In this document: piece by piece, positions 36,821-45,280 of the stretch
Numbering within the stretch: the first letter of the stretch is position 1
Layout of the letters: every line of letters starts with the position of its first letter
Origin: Candidatus Binataceae bacterium
GTDB lineage: Bacteria > Desulfobacterota > Binatia > Binatales > Binataceae
Direction of reading: 5' to 3'
NCBI GenBank assembly: GCA_052146355.1
Contig: JBKQNE010000049.1
Span: forward strand, 20,031-84,030
DNA length: 64,000 nt
Notes under the pieces: generated by a model
The model's input: only the letters and a program-made list of their open reading frames with translations
Database searches by the model: none
What the model was told of the DNA's origin: nothing
Program-made: the position numbers and the translations under genes

Positions 36821-37060
36821 TTACAGTTCGCCGGTCAGCGCGCGGGTGCCCATCACCAATGCGGTTGCACCCAGCGTCGATATCATTATCGCGCCGAACA
36901 GATGATGCGCGTGCACTCCGAACGCCGCGAACATCCAGCCGCCAACCACTCCGCCGATCAGTCCCAGAAAGATGTCGGCGAGGACGCCGTATCCTCGGCC
37001 ACGAATCAATTTCCCGGCGAGCCATCCAGCAACCAAACCAACCAAGATTGAAGCAATCAT
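36821..37060 (-). CDS. GlsB/YeaQ/YmgE family (transglycosylase-associated) stress membrane protein
   Basis: 79-aa product MIASILVGLVAGWLAGKLIRGRGYGVLADIFLGLIGGVVGGW... is the classic family pattern. Confidence 0.8.
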   Translation of the reverse strand: MIASILVGLVAGWLAGKLIRGRGYGVLADIFLGLIGGVVGGWMFAAFGVHAHHLFGAIMISTLGATALVMGTRALTGEL

Positions 37061-37290
37061 CGCGATGCTTCCTCCTTCTCCAGGGCAAATCGCGCGAGCG
37101 CGTTTACCCACCTGAAGGAGATAGCAAGAGAACTGCCACCGAAAAGACGCGGGAAAGCCTGCGATTAATTGCGCATCATCAGCCAACTGCCGCGATCCGA
37201 CTGCGGCTCCGCAACTGCCGCGCGGCCAGCATTGATTGTCCCGCGCGCACGGCATAGCCGCGCGGGAATGACAAAGTGGCGGGCGCGGAG

Positions 37291-37767
37291 TTATTTCCAG
37301 CCGAAGAAGTCTTTTGCGTACACGAAGTTGGCGACGCCGGCTGCTTGCGCTGCTTTCTTGTCTACTTCCTGGTCGCCGATCATCGTGGAGTTTTCGAGAT
37401 CGACGCCGTAGATCTCGGCCAGGTCGGTGATCATCCCGCCGCGCGGCTTGCGGCAGTTGCATCCGTCGGCATCGTCATGCGGGCAGATTTGCCATCCGGT
37501 CAGAGTTTCACCGAGCTTATGGTCGAGCTCGACAATCGCGGCTTCGACCGCCTCCATCGTAAAGCGGCCGCGCTTGATCTTCGACTGATTGGTCACGATT
37601 AGAAACAAGTAATCGTGCAGCGGGCCCAGCTTCTCCGCTACGCCCGGCAGCAAATCGACCACGATCTTGCCGTTAGCATCGAGCGGGAGTTCCTGCGACT
37701 CATCGAGCCGCACGAGCGTGCCGCCAAGATCAAAGAATAGCGCCCGGTTTCCGTTCGGATTGGACAT
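37291..37767 (-). CDS. HAD-IIIA phosphatase, GmhB/histidinol-phosphatase-like
   Basis: Zn-finger insert CPHDDADGCNCRKP, motif III/IV GDQEVDKKAA. Motif I reads FFDLGGTL (DxG instead of DxD). Confidence 0.75.
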   Translation of the reverse strand: MSNPNGNRALFFDLGGTLVRLDESQELPLDANGKIVVDLLPGVAEKLGPLHDYLFLIVTNQSKIKRGRFTMEAVEAAIVELDHKLGETLTGWQICPHDDADGCNCRKPRGGMITDLAEIYGVDLENSTMIGDQEVDKKAAQAAGVANFVYAKDFFGWK

Positions 37768-37787
37768 CGCGATTCAAACCCGGATGA

Positions 37788-39146
37788 TCAGGCCGCGCGC
37801 CAGTCGATATTGTCGCGCACGTAGCTGAATACTTCGTCCAGGATCGCGACGCCCGTGTCGGCCTGTTCTTCCGTAATCACCAGCGGCGGATTTATCCGGA
37901 CGCGCGGGAAGTAAGTCATCGTCACGATTCCGCGCTTGAGCGCTTCGAGGAAGATCTGCTCGGTGACTTTGCGGCTCAATGGCTCGCGGGTCTTGAGATC
38001 GCGCACCAGGTCGATGCCGATAAGCAGGCCCTTGCCGCGGACGTCGCCGATAAATTCGTATTTTTCCTTGAGCGCGTTCAGCCGATGGAGCATTTGTCCG
38101 CCGACCTTGCGCGAGTTTTCCACCAGCTTCTCGTCGCGAATCGTCTTGATCGTTTCCGCGACGGCGGTCGCCGCGAGCGGATTACCGCCGTAGCTCGATG
38201 ACGACGCGCTCGGCTTGCCGAACGGCTCGGCCTTGCCGAGCTCTTCGCTCATCAGCACGCCCGAAACCGGGAACCCCGATCCCATGCCTTTGCCGACGGT
38301 CACGATGTCGGGGCTGACGCCGGTGTGATCGACGCCCCACATTTTTCCGGTGCGGCCGAAGCCGGTGATCATCTCATCGGAAATCAGCAGCGCGTTCAGG
38401 TCCTTGGCCACGGACTTGATCGCCGGCAGCCAATCGTCGGGCGGAATGACGTTGCCCGCGGTTCCCTGCATCGGCTCCACCAGGATCGCCGCGACCTCGC
38501 CGGCGGAAGAATTCTTGATTTGATCGCGCGCGAAATCGACGCACAGCAGCCCGCACGACGGATGCTGCAGCTTGAAGGGGCATCGATAACAGTCTGCGTA
38601 CGGCACCTGGTAACGGCCGCCCGGCAGGGGACCATAGCCCTTCTTCGACTCGTCGCCGATCAGTCCGAGCACGCCGCCGGTCTTGCCGTGGAATCCGCCC
38701 CAGAAGCCCACCACTTCATGCTTCTTGGTGGCCGATCGCGCCAGGCGCAGCGCGGCTTCGACCGCTTCGGCCCCGCCGCTGAAAAGATGCGACCGGTTGA
38801 GGCCGCGCGGCGCGACTTCCGCGATCAGCTTGAATGCTTCCGCGCGTTCTTTGGTGGCAAACGTTCCTACGGTCAGGCGCCCCGCCTGTTTGGCGATCGC
38901 CTTGGTGACACGCGGATGGGCATGGCCGAGGCTCGCCACCGCGATGCCCGCATACAGGTCGATATAGGTGTTGCCGTCCGCGTCGGTCAGGGTGGCGCCT
39001 TCGCCGTGATCAAAAGCCACGCCGGCCAGCAACGAGACGCGCTGGCGCCCGGACGCGATATACTTCTGCTCTTCGTCGAAAATCTTGCGGGACTCGGGTC
39101 CGGGGACAGCGGTTTTAACAGAGGGCAGTTTTCCGTTCGATGCCAT
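37788..39146 (-). CDS. class-III (omega) PLP aminotransferase
   Basis: 452 aa with SGGAEAVEAALRLAR, DEMITGFGRTGKMW and the PLP-Lys block TVGKGMGSGFP. An HpnO-like role is possible from context only. Confidence 0.9.
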   Translation of the reverse strand: MASNGKLPSVKTAVPGPESRKIFDEEQKYIASGRQRVSLLAGVAFDHGEGATLTDADGNTYIDLYAGIAVASLGHAHPRVTKAIAKQAGRLTVGTFATKERAEAFKLIAEVAPRGLNRSHLFSGGAEAVEAALRLARSATKKHEVVGFWGGFHGKTGGVLGLIGDESKKGYGPLPGGRYQVPYADCYRCPFKLQHPSCGLLCVDFARDQIKNSSAGEVAAILVEPMQGTAGNVIPPDDWLPAIKSVAKDLNALLISDEMITGFGRTGKMWGVDHTGVSPDIVTVGKGMGSGFPVSGVLMSEELGKAEPFGKPSASSSSYGGNPLAATAVAETIKTIRDEKLVENSRKVGGQMLHRLNALKEKYEFIGDVRGKGLLIGIDLVRDLKTREPLSRKVTEQIFLEALKRGIVTMTYFPRVRINPPLVITEEQADTGVAILDEVFSYVRDNIDWRAA

Positions 39147-39187
39147 CAGCAGCTAGCAACATTCCTTCCAAGAATCGTCGCAAGAGG

Positions 39188-40009
39188 CTAGCGCGCGCGG
39201 GCAAGCAACGAAAGGCCCCTGCGCGCGATCGCGCGAGCCGCCTGGCCGCGCACCCTGCTGAAGCTGGGCCAATCGTTGAAATCGATGATCGCGAACCGGT
39301 CCTCGTTGATGACCGCGTCTCCGCCCCACGCCTCCAGCCCCAGCGCAGCCGATGCTTTCTGCGCGGCATCGGACAGCTCGCGCATCGCGATTTCGGGAAG
39401 TTCGCCGCTCTCGGGCAGCGCGGTGAAGTACGATCCGCCGCTGACGCCATAGAATTTGATCACACCGCCCGGATATTCCTGCTGGACGTATGCGTGCCGA
39501 ACGCCTCTGCGCGCGAGGCCGTTCAGTCTCGCCTCGATTTCCTTGCGTCCGATCGCGCGCTGGACGTCGTCCGCCCCAAGCGCATGCAGGTCGCCGCGCT
39601 TGACGAACACAGGCTGGTCGAGATCGACCGCGCCGAGCGCACGCTGGTCGAGTCGCTGATCGGTCCTGACCAGGGCGCCCACCGGAGTGGGAACGCCGGC
39701 GCGGCCGAGTCCGGGAGCCAGCAAATCGCGGTAGCAGTTGCGAATCGCCAGGGCCGAATTGATCGCCACCGCCCCGTTGCGCTCCACTTCGGCGAGCCTT
39801 CTGAGCGCGCCCTCGCTCTGGCACATCGCGAGCACCAGGTCGGCCTGGATTTCATGCCGATCGAGAAACTCGGTCGGGGACAAAGCTTCCGTCTCAACGC
39901 CTTCGCGCGCGAGTTCGGCCAGCGACGCGTCAAGAATCGCTGCGTCGGCTTCGACCTTGCCCGGCGAATATTCCGGTTCGCGGTAAATTCCGATTGCTCG
40001 ATAACTCAT
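39188..40009 (-). CDS. ATP-grasp domain protein
   Basis: 273 aa. The central VFVKRGD...GVIKFYGV and the C-terminal GGDAVINEDRFAIIDFNDWPSF resemble the ATP-grasp catalytic half. Substrate unknown. Confidence 0.55.
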   Translation of the reverse strand: MSYRAIGIYREPEYSPGKVEADAAILDASLAELAREGVETEALSPTEFLDRHEIQADLVLAMCQSEGALRRLAEVERNGAVAINSALAIRNCYRDLLAPGLGRAGVPTPVGALVRTDQRLDQRALGAVDLDQPVFVKRGDLHALGADDVQRAIGRKEIEARLNGLARRGVRHAYVQQEYPGGVIKFYGVSGGSYFTALPESGELPEIAMRELSDAAQKASAALGLEAWGGDAVINEDRFAIIDFNDWPSFSRVRGQAARAIARRGLSLLARAR

Positions 40010-40011
40010 TG

Positions 40012-40719
40012 TTAACCCACCACCATCCGGCGCGCGGCCTCGAGATCGGAGGCCTCGTCCACATCGATCGCGCCCGCAACTTCGACCGCACCCAGCCGAA
40101 TGTTTTCCTTAACGAGCATCTGCAGGAACGCACGCATCGCCGCGAGCTTCCGCCCCCGCGCGGCGGCGCTGAAACGAAAAATCTCCGTCGGCAGCCAATA
40201 CAATCCTGCCGTGACGAGGGAACTCTCGCGCTCTCCCAATGACGTAATCAACCCCGCTTCCGTTACTTCTGTGAAAAGCGGCTTGCGATCGCCGCGCCAT
40301 TTGGTAACCGCCAGCACGCCGTCGAAGTTCGCTTTTGAGGCGGCAAGTTCTGCCGCCTCCGCCACGAACCGGCGCAACTCGGTTTCCGGAACGATCGCGT
40401 CGACCGTCGCGAGCAGAAAATGGCCGGGGCGAAGCGACTCACCAAGCGTGAACAGCGACTCCATCGAACTCTCGGTGTCGCGTACGACTATTTGCAAAGC
40501 CGCCGGCATGGTAATGCCGCGCGCGAGGGCCGCGGTCTCCGAATTGATGACCGCCAGCACGCTCTCAGCACCCGCTGAGAGCATCGCCGTCGCCTGCCGC
40601 GCCAGCATCGGCTGCCCGCCGACCTCGACGAGCGGCTTGGGAATCGTCGCGCCGCCCGAAGCGCGCAGGCGATCGCCGCGGCCCGCGGCAATTATCGCGC
40701 CTTGAAATCCGGTCACCAT
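40012..40719 (-). CDS. sugar-/alcohol-phosphate nucleotidyltransferase (NTP_transferase fold)
   Basis: Intact AIIAAGRGDRL...PKPL signature (GxGxR...K). 235 aa. Only 2 nt separate it from the ATP-grasp gene, and it overlaps the upstream HAD gene by 7 nt. Confidence 0.8.
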   Translation of the reverse strand: MVTGFQGAIIAAGRGDRLRASGGATIPKPLVEVGGQPMLARQATAMLSAGAESVLAVINSETAALARGITMPAALQIVVRDTESSMESLFTLGESLRPGHFLLATVDAIVPETELRRFVAEAAELAASKANFDGVLAVTKWRGDRKPLFTEVTEAGLITSLGERESSLVTAGLYWLPTEIFRFSAAARGRKLAAMRAFLQMLVKENIRLGAVEVAGAIDVDEASDLEAARRMVVG

Positions 40720-41447
40720 TGCAGCCCCGCAACTTCGTTCAGCGAAGCGATAGTAAAATCCGCGCTCGATTCGGCGCCGGGTTCATCCGGATGCACCGAC
40801 GCACTCGAGCGGTACCAGACGGTTTTCAGGCCCAGGCGATGCGCCGGCGCGCAATCCTTGCCCAACGAATCGCCGATCATCGCCGCCTCGGACGGCTTCA
40901 CACGCAGCGCGCGCAAAGCAGTCTCGAAGATACCGGGCGCGGGCTTGAACACCCCCACTCGGCTGGAGTCAACGATCGAGTCGACCATTTTCTTCACGCC
41001 CGTTTCCGCAAGAATGCCTTCGAGGTTTCCATAAAAGTTGGAAACCACTCCGATTCGGAAATTCGCTTTCAAGTCCTTCAGCACCGGGCGATTCGCTTCA
41101 ATTCCTTTTCTGGTTGCCGTGACAAAGCCCGCCGTCACTTGTTCGACGATCCGATGCCGCGCCTTCGGATCGAGCGTGGCTAATCTGGTGCGGATGCGAT
41201 CCGGCCCTTGATGCGCCAAGAATTCCACCTGATTTCCCGTCAGAAATCGCACCAGATCCACCAACCCAAAGCGCTGAACCACTTTTCCCGCGCGATAACC
41301 CGCTTTCGTCGCATGGTCGAAGGCCGCATCAAGTTCAGCACGATCAAGCTCGACTCCGGCCGCGTGATACTGGATAAGAAATCGATCCAGCCAATGCAGC
41401 GGCCCATCGAGCGTGCCGCCGAAGTCGAAAAGCAGAGCCGATATCAT
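40713..41447 (-). CDS. HAD-IA family hydrolase
   Basis: Motif I LLFDFGGTL, motif II VVSN, motif III KP, motif IV GDSLGKD. First gene of the five-gene minus-strand operon. Confidence 0.8.
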   Translation of the reverse strand: MISALLFDFGGTLDGPLHWLDRFLIQYHAAGVELDRAELDAAFDHATKAGYRAGKVVQRFGLVDLVRFLTGNQVEFLAHQGPDRIRTRLATLDPKARHRIVEQVTAGFVTATRKGIEANRPVLKDLKANFRIGVVSNFYGNLEGILAETGVKKMVDSIVDSSRVGVFKPAPGIFETALRALRVKPSEAAMIGDSLGKDCAPAHRLGLKTVWYRSSASVHPDEPGAESSADFTIASLNEVAGLQW

Positions 41448-41539
41448 CTTCGCGAACCATGCAGTCTATCAGCACCGACGTGCAGCCTCCAGGGTGCAGC
41501 AAAAACCCCGCACCAACAGGGCTGTTTTCGGCCGATCAA

Positions 41540-41568
41540 TTGACACGGCAGCACTCGTACTCTAAATC
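41540..41568 (+). promoter_or_regulatory. candidate sigma-70 promoter for the plus-strand operon
   Basis: TTGACA - 17 nt - TAAATC in the 162-nt divergent intergenic region. A GGAGG lies about 10 nt before the TTG start at 41610. Confidence 0.3.
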
Positions 41569-41609
41569 CATCGCGCGAACCGCGTTCCATTTTCGGAGGC
41601 GTCTCAAGC

Positions 41610-42233
41610 TTGCAGCCCGGATTTCCTAAATCAATTCGCATAGTTGCGTACTTTTTTGCGTCATTGATTTTGATGCTGACCGTTATTCGTGTTGATGCGG
41701 GTACCGCCGATGAAAGTGCCACCGCGACCGTCCGCCAGCTCCTCGCCTCAATAGGCAAGCTGCGTACCACCACCGACGCAGCGCAGAAAAAGATGCCGAT
41801 CGGCTCCATAGATAATTCTCTTGCGATCGAGAAGCTCAGTAAGCAGGCACTTGGTGCGCAATGGAGCAAACTCGACGCTCCCGAGCGCGCTCATTTTGTC
41901 GCGCTAGTAAAGGAACTTCTGGAAAAAATCGCGTATCCGAATGCTGCCCAGTTCTTTGCGGATTTCAGCATCAAGATCGTTGGCGAGGATGCTTCCGGCG
42001 ATCAGCGCACCGTGCAGACGACCGTCACCCGCCCGGAGGGAGGCGCGGTATCGATCAACTACATCCTGGAGCGCATGAACCATCGATGGACCATCGTGGA
42101 TGTCATCCTCGATCGGCAGAGCCTCGCCGCCAGCATGACCACCCAGATTCAGGCGACCCTCAAGAGCAGCTCTTACCAGGACCTGGTCAAGCAGCTTGAA
42201 TCGCGGCTAACGCAGGCGACACCCCCGCATTAG
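41610..42233 (+). CDS. MlaC/Ttg2D-family lipid-binding periplasmic protein (HpnM-like)
   Basis: Signal peptide. The C-terminal block HRWTIVDVILDRQSLAASMTTQIQATL matches the MlaC pattern (W-K-I-Y-D-V-x-V-E-G-V-S-L-V-x-x-Y-R-x-Q-F type). Confidence 0.7.
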   Translation: MQPGFPKSIRIVAYFFASLILMLTVIRVDAGTADESATATVRQLLASIGKLRTTTDAAQKKMPIGSIDNSLAIEKLSKQALGAQWSKLDAPERAHFVALVKELLEKIAYPNAAQFFADFSIKIVGEDASGDQRTVQTTVTRPEGGAVSINYILERMNHRWTIVDVILDRQSLAASMTTQIQATLKSSSYQDLVKQLESRLTQATPPH

Positions 42234-42379
42234 AAGCCTGTGCCGACAAAATCCGCTATACACCGCCATACAGATGTAAGAGACCGCCGGGGGGCGGAAT
42301 CGTCACAGAAGAATCGCTGCACGAGCGCTCGATTAAAAAGAAGGTAGCCTTCTAGCCCCGAGGTTGCGGGCATGTTACC

Positions 42380-43636
42380 TTGACGCGGCACGATGGCCTG
42401 TTTAGGAAACTTGGTTTTAATACGACCTTGGCGATAGAAACCGCTCTAATCTCGGCGCCTTCGCGCGCCGACAACCGCATTTTCGGGCGGCCTTTGCTCG
42501 AACGGTTGATCCTTTCCTGCGAACGGGCGGGAGTTAAGCGCTTCTTCATCGCAGCGCCGGCCGAACGGCACTCCCAGGTAGCGTCCTCGCTCGGTGGCTT
42601 CCAGAGCCATCCTGAGATCAATCTGGTCGACAAGCTCGATTCCTCGATGGCGCGGCAAACCGATCTGGACCCGAGCGCGCCGTGCATTTCCTTCGCGGGC
42701 AATCTGGTTTTTTCCAGGATGCAACTGCGGCGCGTGCTCGACGACGCGGCTAATCATCCGACCAGCGTGCTGCGTTTTTCCAGCAGCGACCCGGACCACG
42801 GCGGCGAAATTACGACCGGTCCGATGCGCGATCTGCTCGAACAGGATACGCCTCGCACCGAGCCAGTCCGCCGGCCGACCGGAGAATTGCCGTTCGCGCT
42901 CAATGGACGCCCGGAAGATCGGAAGGAAGCCGAGATAAGGCTGGCGCGTTCGCTGCGTTTGGAAACGGCATCGAAGGACGCGCTGATGGCGCGGCTGCTC
43001 GATCGCAAGATCTCATGGCGGCTCAGCCTCAGGCTGGCACGCACGAAGATAACCCCCAATCAGGTAACGATCGCCAATACGGTACTCGGCTTTGTCGCGG
43101 CATGGATGTTTGCGATTCCGAGCTACGGCGTCCGCCTGATCGCATCGCTGCTGTTTCTGGCTTCGATCACGATCGACGGAATCGACGGTGAGTTGGCGCG
43201 GCTCCAGATGAGCGAGACGGATTGGGGCGGCAAGCTCGACGTGGCGACGGACAATATCGTCCACGTCGCGATCTTCGTCGGAATCTTCGTAGGGGCTTAT
43301 CGGGCCAGCGCCGATTCCACATTCCTGTGGTTATTGCCCGTTCAATTGGTTGGTTTCGCGCTAAGCGCGTTGTCGATCTTCATGGCGTTTCGTTTTCGAG
43401 GCGCACAGGCCCAGAAATGGATTGATCAGGTGGACCGCTGGAGCGGACGTGATTTCGCATACCTGCTGGTGGGTTTCGCGCTGATTAACCGCTTGCAGTG
43501 GTTTTGTTGGGCGACGGCGTTTGGTACCTATGTATTCGCATTGGTGTTGACGTGGCTCACGGCTCGGCATCGGGCTGTGGAGACACCGGATGAGCCGCTT
43601 CGCGAGAATCGGAGCGTTGCGGCGGAGGAAGCATGA
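42380..43636 (+). CDS. fusion protein: degenerate nucleotidyltransferase-like N-domain + CDP-alcohol phosphotransferase membrane domain
   Basis: The C-terminal half carries DGELARLQMSETDWGGKLDVATD (DG-x2-AR-x8-G-x3-D-x3-D) within about 6 TM segments. The N-terminal roughly 200 aa looks NTP_transferase-like but lacks GxGxR (ISAPSRADNRIFGRPLLERL). The layout recalls IPCT/DIPPS fusions. TTG start uncertain. Confidence 0.8.
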   Translation: MTRHDGLFRKLGFNTTLAIETALISAPSRADNRIFGRPLLERLILSCERAGVKRFFIAAPAERHSQVASSLGGFQSHPEINLVDKLDSSMARQTDLDPSAPCISFAGNLVFSRMQLRRVLDDAANHPTSVLRFSSSDPDHGGEITTGPMRDLLEQDTPRTEPVRRPTGELPFALNGRPEDRKEAEIRLARSLRLETASKDALMARLLDRKISWRLSLRLARTKITPNQVTIANTVLGFVAAWMFAIPSYGVRLIASLLFLASITIDGIDGELARLQMSETDWGGKLDVATDNIVHVAIFVGIFVGAYRASADSTFLWLLPVQLVGFALSALSIFMAFRFRGAQAQKWIDQVDRWSGRDFAYLLVGFALINRLQWFCWATAFGTYVFALVLTWLTARHRAVETPDEPLRENRSVAAEEA

Positions 43637-44961
43637 ACAAGAAGCCCAGGATCCTGTTGGTCCAGCCGACGACCGTGCATCTCGACGGCACTCCGCATAA
43701 GACCCGGTGGCGTCTCATCATGGGATTGATGATCCCGCTGTTGGCCGGCCTCACGCCCGATGACTACGACGTCACGCTTTGCGACGAGCGTCTTGAAGAC
43801 ATCAATTTCGACGGGGGATGGGATCTCGTTGGAATGACCACGACCATCGGCGCATCGCTGCGCGCCTATCAGCTCGGCGATGAATTTCGCCGCCGCGGCA
43901 TTCCGGTCGTATTCGGCGGTTTTCATGCGACGCTGCAAACCGACGAAGCCCTTGAGCACTCCGACGCGGTCGTGCAGGGCGAGGCCGACCTGGTATGGCC
44001 CGAGCTGCTGCAGGATTGGCGTGACGGCAAGCTGAAGCAAATCTACAAGTCGACCAAGGTGCACGATCTCAAGAAGCTGCCGCGTCCGCGCCACGAGCTG
44101 CTGAAGCTCAACCGCTATCTGTTCAAGGCGGTGCCGGTGCAGGCCAGCCGCGGATGCCCCTATCGCTGTTCGTTCTGCGAAATTCCGGTCTTCTACGAGG
44201 GTTCGTATCGCACGCGCCCGATCGAAGACATCGTCGAGGAGATGAAGGAAGTCATCAAGGTCACCGGCTTTCGCCGCTTCCAGTTCATCGACGATCAGAT
44301 CACCGGCAAGCACAAGTTCGCGCGCGAGCTGTTTAAGGCGCTCGAACCGCTCAATATCCGCTTCTCATGCTTGTGGACGATCAACTCGAACCATGACGAT
44401 GAGCTGCTCGAACTGGCGGCCAAGGCGGGAATCTTCCACGTCAATATCGGCGTGGAATCGATCAGCCAGGAAAGCCTGCTGTCGATGAACAAGATTCAGA
44501 ACCACGCCAATCAGTACAAGAAGCTGCTCAAGAAGATGGAGCACTACGGCATCTACTATTCGCTGAACTTCCTGTTCGGTCTCGAGGAAGACCGGCCCGG
44601 CATTTTCGACGAGACGATGAAGTTCCTGCATGAAGTCCGCGCTCCCGAGGCGTTCTTCAACACCGTCACGCCGCGGCGGGGCACGCCGATGCGCACGCAG
44701 CTCGAAAACGAAGGCCGCGTGATCATCCCGGATGCGGATCTCTACACCAATAACTTCCGCTGTATGTTCGTACCCAAGAACATGTCGCCGCAGCAGGTTG
44801 AAGAAGGCGTGTGGAAGTGCACCAAGGAATTCTACTCGTTCAAGTCAATGTTCAAGCGGCTGCTGTTGCCACCGAACAAATTCACCTGGCAGGGCCTGAC
44901 TGAAAACATGCTGTTCTGGTACGGAGCAAAGCGGCAGATCGATCCGGTAGATTACTATTAA
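43633..44961 (+). CDS. B12-binding domain radical SAM protein (DUF4070-type C-terminus)
   Basis: N-terminal cobalamin-binding domain (ILLVQP..., VVFGGFHAT), CPYRCSFC cluster motif. The ATG overlaps the upstream stop (ATGA) and is preceded by GGAGGAAG. Confidence 0.9.
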   Translation: MNKKPRILLVQPTTVHLDGTPHKTRWRLIMGLMIPLLAGLTPDDYDVTLCDERLEDINFDGGWDLVGMTTTIGASLRAYQLGDEFRRRGIPVVFGGFHATLQTDEALEHSDAVVQGEADLVWPELLQDWRDGKLKQIYKSTKVHDLKKLPRPRHELLKLNRYLFKAVPVQASRGCPYRCSFCEIPVFYEGSYRTRPIEDIVEEMKEVIKVTGFRRFQFIDDQITGKHKFARELFKALEPLNIRFSCLWTINSNHDDELLELAAKAGIFHVNIGVESISQESLLSMNKIQNHANQYKKLLKKMEHYGIYYSLNFLFGLEEDRPGIFDETMKFLHEVRAPEAFFNTVTPRRGTPMRTQLENEGRVIIPDADLYTNNFRCMFVPKNMSPQQVEEGVWKCTKEFYSFKSMFKRLLLPPNKFTWQGLTENMLFWYGAKRQIDPVDYY

Positions 44962-44984
44962 GCCGCCTCTCTGCGATTGAATCT

Positions 44985-45022
44985 AAAACGGCCGCGGAAG
45001 CCAGAGCTTCCGCGGCCGTTTT
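44985..45022. terminator. bidirectional intrinsic terminator
   Basis: aaaacggccgcggaagc-caga-gcttccgcggccgtttt forms a perfect 17-bp stem including the flanking A/T tracts. It begins 24 nt after the radical SAM stop. Confidence 0.75.
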
Positions 45023-45034
45023 GTATCTGCGACT

Positions 45035-45255
45035 CAACCTAACCCCTAACCCCTTCCCTGAGAAGGAAGGGGAACCAGAAAAAGAGAAATCGCTTCTTAA
45101 AAGTGGCGCCGGCGTCCCGCCGGTGGACGCGTAGCGTCGGCTTGCGATCTAGAAATGCGGCGCGTCATGCATCAGTCCACCGGCACCACTCTCAGAATGA
45201 ACTTCTTCTATTTGGTCCCCCTTCCTTCTCAGGGAAGGGGTTAGGGGTTAGGTTG
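45035..45255. repeat. perfect 38-nt inverted repeat pair flanking a 145-nt core (MITE-/BIME-like)
   Basis: The left arm caacctaacccctaaccccttccctgagaaggaagggg (45035..45072) is the exact reverse complement of 45218..45255. Each arm has its own internal hairpin, and the core holds a gcgccggcgtcccgccggtg palindrome. Confidence 0.75.
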
Positions 45256-45280
45256 ATTCGCTTACGCAGCAAACCTTTTT

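Noticed and set aside
43633-44961. Possibility that the B12-radical SAM gene is hpnJ, partner of hpnK.
   Set aside because: As I remember it, HpnJ belongs to the BchE-like clade with an N-terminal LNPPSF.GFDGGAGSRYQ-type block, which is absent here. No hpnI glycosyltransferase is adjacent. This rests on memory and needs an HMM check.
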